A stretch of 64,000 bases of DNA. Source: the human T2T-CHM13v2.0 reference genome, Homo sapiens. Of this stretch, positions 55,167-64,000 are shown piece after piece (positions within the stretch are counted from its first letter, which is position 1; every line of letters begins with the position of its first letter). Both the position numbers and the translations under genes were made by a program. Location: NCBI RefSeq assembly GCF_009914755.1, contig NC_060937.1; one strand, given 5' to 3'. The notes below the pieces were generated by a model, which had not been told where the DNA came from, made no database searches, and was given only the letters and a program-made list of their open reading frames with translations.

Positions 55167-55504
55167 TGTCTTAGTCTCTTCAGGCTGCTATAACAAAATT
55201 CCTTCGACTGTGTAATTTATAAACAATAGAAATGTATTGCTGACAGTTCTAGATGCCAGGAAATCCAAAGTCAAGACACCAGCAAAATTCGTGTCACAAA
55301 TGGTGCCTCTTGCTGCATCTTCATATGGTGTAAAGGGCAAAATGGCTCCCACAAACCTCCTTTATAAGGGCACTAATCCCATTCATGAGGGTGGAGCCAT
55401 CATGACCGAATCACTTCCTAAAGTCCCCACCTCTTCATTCTATCACATTGGGGATTAAATTTCAACATATGAATTTTAGGGAGACAAGCATTCAGACCAC
55501 AGCA
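55167..55504 (-). mobile_element. MLT1A-like MaLR solo LTR
   Basis: tgtcttagtc...ggctgctataacaaaat...cattcagaccacagca; 5-bp TSD gtata at 55162-55166 and 55505-55509. Confidence 0.82.
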
Positions 55505-56425
55505 GTATATTTAGTACATTTTTATCCTCCCTATCTAAAATATAATTTCTCCTTCCCTCAATGATCCACTTACACTCCACTGCTTTCTTTTTCTACTTCG
55601 TGAACCAACAGTCCCAACAAACTTTGACAATCAGTAATGTTGACTGGTAAAGTGAAGCACTGAAATCCTATTGTTAAGTAGCCACATACATACATACATG
55701 CATACATACATAGATACATGAAAGCTAACCAGAAAATGAACTAAACTTAATTATTTTTAGTTTATTTTTTATGAGCAAGTGATGAGAAAATAATTTCTAA
55801 TGGTTAATCCAGTTTATGCATAATACCAATGATATAAAACTTTTTTACAATGGTCTAGCATTAAGGAACTATAATGTTTGCATAAACCCTATGTCTGTTC
55901 TTGCTGGATGGTCAACTAGTTTTGGAGTGCTGTTACCTTTATTGAAGAAGGATGTAAACAGAGCATTATCTCAATAGGTGCAGCTGCTGTGTGGAGCTCT
56001 GTGCAGGGAGAGTCCCCCAGCTGTGTGTGAGCTCAGTCATGGGAATACTGTGATCCACCAGCAGCATTTGTCCTGAGAGAGGCAGCCAGGATGTTGTATG
56101 TTTACCATCCCTGCTGAACAAATCAGTATCTTAATTATGGTAGGATGCCTCCCAGAGGTATATACATTTTAAAAGGCTACTCTTGATGACAGAAAATGTT
56201 TATTCCTAAGGCCACCCTGAGCACATCATCTGGTTTTATTGAAGGAAATACTTGTACATTTATGGAGGGAAGGAAATTTATTTTATTGCTTGCATCAGCA
56301 TATCCTACTAAGTAATGAGTCCTGAAGCTTTTCTTTATAGGCCACAGTGAGTGGCTTCTTAACAATCACATATCTATTTTCCTTTGAATAAGTACCATTG
56401 CTTCAATCTATTCCCTTTTCTCCAA

Positions 56426-56553
56426 AGGTGACTGTATGTCTCTTTTATCTGGGACAGTTCAGGTCTATGCTTGTTGTTCTCTACATTTATTTACAGTACC
56501 CCTTTCCATCTTGAAAGTATCTCAGTGTGGGCAATAAATTTTATGGTCACTAT
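56426..56553. mobile_element. MER94-like hAT MITE
   Basis: aggtgactgtatgtc...tgggacagttcagg...aaattttatggtcact. Confidence 0.5.
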
Positions 56554-56774
56554 AGACTGTTACCTCAAACTCTCTCTTTTTTTTTAAATCATGACAATTC
56601 AAATCCCATTTGTGCATATATTTTTGAGATACCTTGTTTAAATAAACAGTATCTTTCTTTGACCTGGCCAGCTTCCTTTTTTAAAGCTTTTGTTAATTTG
56701 GGTAAACAAATCCTCATGAACTGGAAATGTTGCTCAGTTTTGAAAGATGACATCTTTTTTACTAAATGCTCTTG

Positions 56775-57296
56775 ATTAAAGATGGCTGCAGATTCTTTGA
56801 CACAACTTCCATTGAGAAGTAGGATCTGTTTCCTCTCCCTTTGAGTCTGTGCTGCCTGTTAAGACTGTGTTGATCCATAGAGTATGCTGGAAGTGATAAC
56901 CAAGCCAGTTTGGGGCCTAATCTCTGAGAAGACTAACAGCTTCCGCCTTACTTTCTTGAAGCCCTGAGCTACCACATAGGAAGTCCAGCTATGCTGCTGG
57001 AAAATTCACGGAGAGGCCCGGAGGCTAGATAGAGAGGAGGAGGGAGCTCCCTTCCAGCCATTCCTACCAACGTGCCAGGCCTCAAGTGAGGCCATCTTTG
57101 ACTCGCCAGCCCAGCCTTGCTCACTATAACTAAAGACCTCTGAGTGGCCCCAGTCAATATGATGTAGAACAGAAGAACTGCCCAACTGAGTTCTGCCCAA
57201 ATTGTTGACCCACAGCATCATGCAATATAGTAAAATGGCTATTTTAAGCCCCTAAGTTTTGGGATAGTTTTATGCAGCAGTAGTTATCTGGAACAA
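56775..57296 (+). mobile_element. MLT1G/H-like MaLR LTR
   Basis: aaagatggctgcagattctttgacac...cagaagaactgcccaactgag...ttttaagcccctaagttttggga...ctggaaca. Confidence 0.72.
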
Positions 57297-59006
57297 TAAC
57301 ACATTTTTAGATAAACATGTTATTTTAGAAATTATTTTGGTAAGAGTACTATTGATCCTTTTGGTTTCTTTGTGAAGATCTTTAAAAAAAATTTATTGAA
57401 GATGATTGAATAAATTTTAACTCTTAAAATAACAGCAAATTTATGGAGCACCTACCAACTGCCCTTGCAATTGATCTACCCGATGTCATTTGACCACTCT
57501 CACCCATGCATGATTAACTGTACTTTGAAGATCACATTTAATCGTATTAAGAATGTAGTGTATTATGGCTTAATTTCAGCAGAAAATTCAAATGTATGTA
57601 TGTGCCCTTTGCAACTGTTTATACTCATAGTCTGAACTGCCGTCTCCCCCTTCACTCTACCCACAGGGTGTACTGTTTATAAAAGTAATTGATGTAAACC
57701 ATCTAATTTCTGTTGATGAAGAAAGAGTCTATTATTTGGTGGTGCTCTGCCTCAATTTTGATATCTAGCACCTGACACATAGAAAATATCTAGTAAATAT
57801 TTGTTGAATTTATAAGTAAAGATCCCTGCATTCTGTATTTTGACAGTTTCCCTCCAGATCCCAGATCTCTGGAGACCCCTTATGCATCAAATCAATTTAA
57901 GCATTTCAGTGTCTAACACAAGGCATGATAAAGAAAAATAATAAAGCATTTTAGATAGTGTACATCCAAAAATGCGTTTTTAGCCTGGTGGCCATGGACA
58001 TGTTTGCATTGATTTTGTGACATTTTTGTTACTCCAGACACCATGGACTACTTAAGGAAAGTGTCAGATTTGAAGACCATCACTTCATTATCTCATTCTA
58101 CTTTGTGTGTCTATAAGTGTCAAGAACTGATTCCAGCACTGGGGATACAGCTGCATATAAAACATTCATTGCCCTTGCCTTCCTCAGGTCCCAGATGTAA
58201 CTTTAAAGGTAGCACACCTGGCTTCAGGCAGAAACAAGACTTTAGCTCAAAACTCCTTATACTACTCAGAGTTCTTGGGTTTTTTTTTTTTTTCTTTTTT
58301 CTTTTTTTATTAACCCACCTTGTCTTAGCTAGGCCTTCAGAGCCATGGTTCACAGCTAGTGACTTGACTTAGTATTTACTGCAGGAAGATGAACAGAATA
58401 AGGAAAGCTACTTCTGTTTGGAAAAGATGGTATTAGATATTAGAGGGAAAGGTATCTATCCTGTTTTTCTCAAATCTTTTCCACAAGAATAATGGTTTTC
58501 AGACTAGATGGTTAGTTTTGGCCATCCTTGGCCAGAGGAATGGAAGCCAGAGATAGGAGATAAAACATAAATAACAGTTTTGGTACATTTTTACAGCTAT
58601 ATCACCATTAAGATTCTAGAACTGCCTTACTAACAGACGATTTGAGAGAACTTAGAGAAGGATAATTCTCATTTCTGTAGTATTTTACAATATCCACAGT
58701 ACTTATTAATTCACGTATGGCTGTAGGGCGGGAGGCTGTAAAACAGGCTGATTGCCCAAGTGTGGTGTGTAACACCACACTAAGCTGTTAGTAAAGTCAT
58801 CATCATCATCTTCCTTAACATTACACCTAAGTATCAATTAATGTTTGTTTCACAAATAAGGAACCTGAGGCTCAGAAAGCTCATGACGTATCCAAGGAGG
58901 CAGAGCTGGGACTTATTTCTAGGTCCTCTAACTCTAGATCCAGCTCTCTCTTGTGGTACACTTCATCTTAATTTTCCCCAGTGACCAAATTGTGGTTGGC
59001 CTGGAC

Positions 59007-59491
59007 TGTTAATCTAGAAATAATTTACCCAGAAAAAAACTCAGGTTCGCTCACTTGATGAGTAACAAAGAACTCCCCATGAGAATGTGGGTTTTGATCA
59101 ATAGGAGTTTTATTACTTGGTGCTAGGAAGTAGGACACTGTAAGGATTCTTCAAGGCACTGCCTCCCTAAGGAAAAGCAACAGGAGGGCTTTATGGGGCA
59201 ATGGAGAGGAGAGAAGGGTGCAGCCTTGAATATGGAGGAGGGATCCCAGGTGCACAGATGCAGTGAGCCATCATGCCAGCACATAGGTCGCATGTTATGG
59301 TAATGAAGCTGTTGCCTCTCCCACAGTGGAGACTTTAGCATAGTAAGTTGCAGGGGTCTGTCAGGAGCTAGTTTAAGCCAACAAAGTGACCGCATTCCAC
59401 ACAGGCTGTAGGGCAGGAGGTTGTAAAACAGGCTGATTGCCCAAGTTGATGAAATTCCTATAAACCCTGGAAACCTCCTTGTCTGCTTACA
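59007..59491 (-). mobile_element. ERV-class solo LTR, subfamily not identified
   Basis: TG...CA-bounded GC-richer block with an antisense poly(A) signal (ttttatt at ~59108). Confidence 0.55.
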
Positions 59492-61549
59492 GATAGGCTT
59501 TTAGCTAGTCGCTGTAGATCTGCTACATATTTTTATGGGATAGTTGGTTGGGGGAATCACTGAAAAAGCAATGTTTTAAGGTAATTATTACGGAAGTAGC
59601 ATAGGATAGAGTAGAAGAGTGAGAAATTGGAGGCAAGACCAGTTAGGAGACTGTTGCAGTGTCTTAGGTATGAGTTACTTTGGAAATGAAAGCGTTTTTG
59701 TAGTGGGAGTGAAAATGATGGGACAGATTTCCTCACATCCAGTAATTCCTGTTCTGTCCATCCCTGTAATCACTACTGGACTAGACCTGTTGTTGCGGCC
59801 TCTCATTACACCTGATCATGCTTAGAGACTATTGGACACTCTGTTGCTTACCATCCACTCTCCCTTGCCCCACAGTGAATTCTTAAAACTATCTTTCTGA
59901 CTTCTTTCATTTCAGTGTTGGCTTGAACCCTGTCAAAATGTAACTCTTCATTCTCCATTGGCTGCTGTTGAGGGCCATAACCTCTGCCAACAATGATAGT
60001 TTTCAGCTCCTTTCTTCATTGTGCATTTGTTTTATTTTTTTTTTTCCATGTCATCTGTTACTTCTCCTGGTTCAAGTGAAAAGACCTTTTTAATAGGCAT
60101 CGCCAATAAATCTCATGCCAGTTGAACCAACCAGTTACAACAAGCCATGAATAATGAAGGTACTCCTCTTCCTCTTCTGAGTTGTTTATTGCTGGGCAGA
60201 AGAAATGCTAATTCTGTTGGCCTCATAACCTGAGTTTTCTAGAAAGCTGTATTATAGAGATTCAGTGTTTGGGGTTTTTTTTTTTTAAGTTTTATTTAGT
60301 GTTATGTGTACTGAGTGATTTAGAAATGATAAATATTCTAAGATCTTACTACAACAATAGAAAAATCTTGCAGGATAAATACTCTTCTGTTCATAATTTA
60401 AAAGTTCCTAAAAATCTTAGCTCTTCATAGCTTTCAAGCTTCTTTATTTAAATCTTCTTCATTCAGAGGTAGCTTTAAAAAAGTAGTGTAATTGAACTTT
60501 GTGTACTGAATTTTCATTCAAAACATTTTGCCAAAGATGCTGAAAATGAAGAGGTGTTGAAAAGATATATACTATAATTTAATCCAGATGTAAATTTAGG
60601 TAGCAGTTTCAAATAACTTGCCTATTCCTGAGTAACTGACTCAATTTAATCTTTTCAAGTACAATAGTCAGGCCTGTTTTTTAATGCACAGGTTTCAGAT
60701 TTCAGTTCTCAAAAAGATAAAATGGATGTTGTATGTCCGAATACCTCTTCCCCTTCGAGAGATGAAAGCTGTGTGTTCTCCATATATGTGCCCGAGCTTC
60801 AGTTTTCCTTACTATTTAAATTATGTAAAAAAGCATGCTTTGTTGACAGATTTTTAAATGACATATTTTTTATTAAAATGTACACTCTAGCTACACATTC
60901 AAGTATCAAATACAGATCAATGACCACTTTCGTCCACCTTATTTTGAATGACTTAGATATTACGCTTAAAAAAAAAAAAGAATCAATTAGTTTATTCAGA
61001 TAGGTTTTTTACATTTGGTTTCTAAATGATAAGGTTTGGGGCTTCTATTTGCAAACACTTCCTCACAGATAACACATTACTGGCACTTTACAGTGGAAAA
61101 TCTCCATTTCTAATTAAAAAAACAGATTAAATGTAGTTTTATTATATTCCTTTTTCTTAACATGGATTTTTGAGGTACTGTGACATCTTGATATGCCTGA
61201 AGAGCACTGTGGTCAATTGGATGCAATATATAGATCTAATAGTGAAGGAAATGTTTAGAACTATTGTTTTTATTTCCAATAACATGTTGTACTTCAGTGT
61301 TAATATTCATTATGCTTTCAGTCTTTAGCCAGTTTTGGATATAAATTAAACAGTACTGCATTGTACAGAAGTTTAAAATTGGTTAGTGATATTCTGCTGA
61401 GTAAGAAACTGACTGTGATCAGCTTAATCATGTGCCTTCCGTGATGTAAACACACAGCCAACAGGCATGTGCATGCAATTTGTCTTGAAGGTTATATTAC
61501 TTTTCCTGTTTTAATGAAGAAATTGTTTATAATCTTACTGATTTTTTTT

Positions 61550-62954
61550 GTTTTTTTTTATTGAGGTAGAAATTTTATGCAGTAAAGTGCACAAATTGTA
61601 GGTTTACAGCTGGGATGTGTACACCTGTAACCAAATCCCAAATGAAGATGGACAGACATTTCAGGCAACAAAGCAGGCTGCCTCATGTTCCATTTCAGCC
61701 ACTTCCATACTCAGAGACCACCATAAATGAGTCATGCCTAGTAATGAACTTCTGGCTTCCATCATTCAGCATCCTCTATGGGATTCATCCGTGTTGTTGC
61801 ATGGACCAGTAGTTAATTCTTTTTAATGGAGGTGCAGGATGCCCCTTGCATGAATATACCAGGATTTCATTAATTGTTCTGTCGATGGGGCATCTGGATA
61901 GTTTCTAGGTAGGGGTTATGAATGATGCTACTAAGAACATTCTAGTACATATCTTTTGGTGAATGAATATGTGTATACTTTCTTTTGGTGTAGCATTATT
62001 GGATCATAAGTACATGTGTTCAGTACTAATGTATACTGCCAAGTGATTTTTCAAAGTAGTTGTAAACAGCAAGAGTAACAATTATTCCACATCCTAACCA
62101 ACATTTGATCAAGTCAGTCTTTTTAATTTTAATCAATCCGATAGGATTCTAGGAACCTCAGTGTGATTTTTATCTTTGTTTTCTTGGTGTATAATGATGT
62201 GGAGTACCTTTTCATATGCTTTATGACCATTTGGGTATTTTCTTTGGAGAAATACCCATTCAGGTCTTTTGTCCATTTTAAAAATTGGATTATCTTTTTT
62301 TATAATTTGTAGAAATTCTTTATACATTCTGGACACAAGTTCTTTATTAGATGTATGTATTGCACATACCTTTCCCCAATCTTTGGCTTACCTTTTCACT
62401 CACTTAATAGTTTCCTTGAGTGAGCATAAATTCTTAATTTTATTGAAGTCAAATTTTAAATTCTTTTTATGGTTAGTTCCTTTTTGTGTCCTGTTTAATA
62501 TATCTTTTTCTACCTCAAGGTTCTGAGGATCCATTCTGCATATTTACTTCTAGAAGTATTATAACCTAACTTTAGTTTCTATGATCCATCTCTAATTTGT
62601 ACGGGTGGTGTGAGATAGGGGGTCAGGGGATTTGTTTGTTTTGTTTTGCATATGGCTATTCAGTTGACCCAACATCATTTATATAAAGGACCATCTCCCC
62701 AGTAAATTGTAGCCGTACCTTTGTCATAAATCAGGCAAATCTATCTGTGTGAGTCTGTTTCTAGGCTATTTTCTCTTTTGCATTTCTCCCTTCTTATGCC
62801 TAAACCACAATCTTAATTTTTGTAACTTTATAGTAAGTATTGATATCTGGTGTCTAATCCTCCAGCTTTGTTTTTCAGATTTGCTTTGGCTCTTCTAGGT
62901 ATTTTGCATTTCTGTAGAATCCTTTGCATTTTCAAGAATCAGTCACACACACAC

Positions 62955-62988
<34 letters not shown>

Positions 62989-64000
62989 CCAACGGAACCT
63001 TCTGGCATTTTGATTGGGATTGCATAGAATCCATAAGTCAATTAGTAGAGAAATTATGTGTTAATAATATTGCATCTTCCAGTAAGTAAATGTTATATAT
63101 CTTTCATTTTATTTAGATATTTTTACATTTCTGTAAGCATTGGTTTGTAATTCTTGTTGTGAAGGTCTTTTACATCTTTAACTAGATTATTTTCAGTATT
63201 TGCTGTTCTTTGGTGCTACTGTAAATGGTTCATTTTAAATGGATTTTCTAATTGTTTTCTAATTCTAATATGTTTGAATTCTAAGTGTAGATTAACCTGG
63301 TATCCACAACCCTTACTTTTTAAAACACTTTATAAGTTATGTTTATAGTTTTTGTTTGTGTCTTTTTTTTCTTTGCCTTTTTGCACTGTCTGGGAACTTA
63401 ATTGTACATAACATTTCCTTTTTTATACTTAAATATTCTTTTAATCATTTTGATTATAAAGCATAAATTACATATGTAATTACCTTTTTAAATTAAGTGT
63501 TTATAATTACATGCAGTTTTATGAAATAATCAATTCCATGTACTCTTTACCCAGTTTTTCCCAGTGAGGTAACATCTTGCAAAACTGTAGTACAATATCA
63601 CAAACAGAATATTGGCCTTGATACAGAACATTTCTATCACCACAGGATCTCTCGGGTTGCCCTTATAGTCACACTTACTCCCCTCCTTCCTTCCATTCCC
63701 CTTCCCCATCCTTAGTCCCTGCCAACCATTGGTCTGTTCTCCTTTTCTATAATTTTGCCATTTCAAGAAAGTTATGTAAGTGAAGTCATACAGAATGTAA
63801 CCTGTTCGGATTGGCCCTTTTTACTCAGCTAAATTCCCTGGAGATTCATCCAAGGTGTTGTGTGTATCCATAGGTCATTCCTTATTATTGCTGAATAGTG
63901 TATCTGATATAGATTTACTGCCGTTTGTTTACCCATTCACTTGAAGAAGGACATCTTGGTTGTTTCTGATTTTTACCTGTAAACATTTGTGTACAGGTTT
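61550..64000 (-). mobile_element. Old L1 (L1M-type) fragments, antisense; at least two 3' ends
   Basis: T-rich; atgatgtggagtaccttttcatatgc, tctaatcctccagctttgttttt, ttttgattgggattgcatagaatc; second 3' end from ~63480. Confidence 0.8.
62944..62987. repeat. (CA)n microsatellite, ~22 units with one CG interruption
   Basis: Seen directly. Confidence 0.95.

Larger units (their letters stand above)
45096..64000 (+). other. RAP2A: RAP2A intron 1 (partial)
   Basis: Starts at the GT donor; no Rap2 C-terminal exon (NKVD/SAK/CAAX) recognised before the window end. Confidence 0.85.

Overview
Primate (very probably human) genomic DNA, AT-rich and repeat-dense, with no prokaryotic-type systems. The first ~4.4 kb holds the last intron, the terminal coding exon and the ~2.7 kb 3' UTR of MBNL2 (+ strand). 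About 39 kb of intergenic DNA follows, with Alu, L1, L2, MIR, MaLR/ERV LTRs and hAT fossils. A CpG island at ~43.1-45.2 kb contains the promoter, 5' leader and coding exon 1 of RAP2A (+ strand, 44782-45095), and intron 1 runs past the window end. Almost all other listed ORFs are chance or repeat-derived frames. I found no demonstrably new gene system. The best second-look signals are: (1) two uORFs in the RAP2A leader, one in-frame and one overlapping, built on GGC/GCC repeats; (2) a helically phased array of CCAAT-like boxes and GC boxes ~1 kb upstream; (3) an intact TTAA-flanked MER85 piggyBac MITE with the CSB-PGBD3 palindrome in RAP2A intron 1; (4) three separate 'short local copy plus fold-back hairpin' scars that look like templated repair insertions. 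Repeat subfamily names are from memory of consensus sequences, and their boundaries are approximate unless a target-site duplication (TSD) is quoted.
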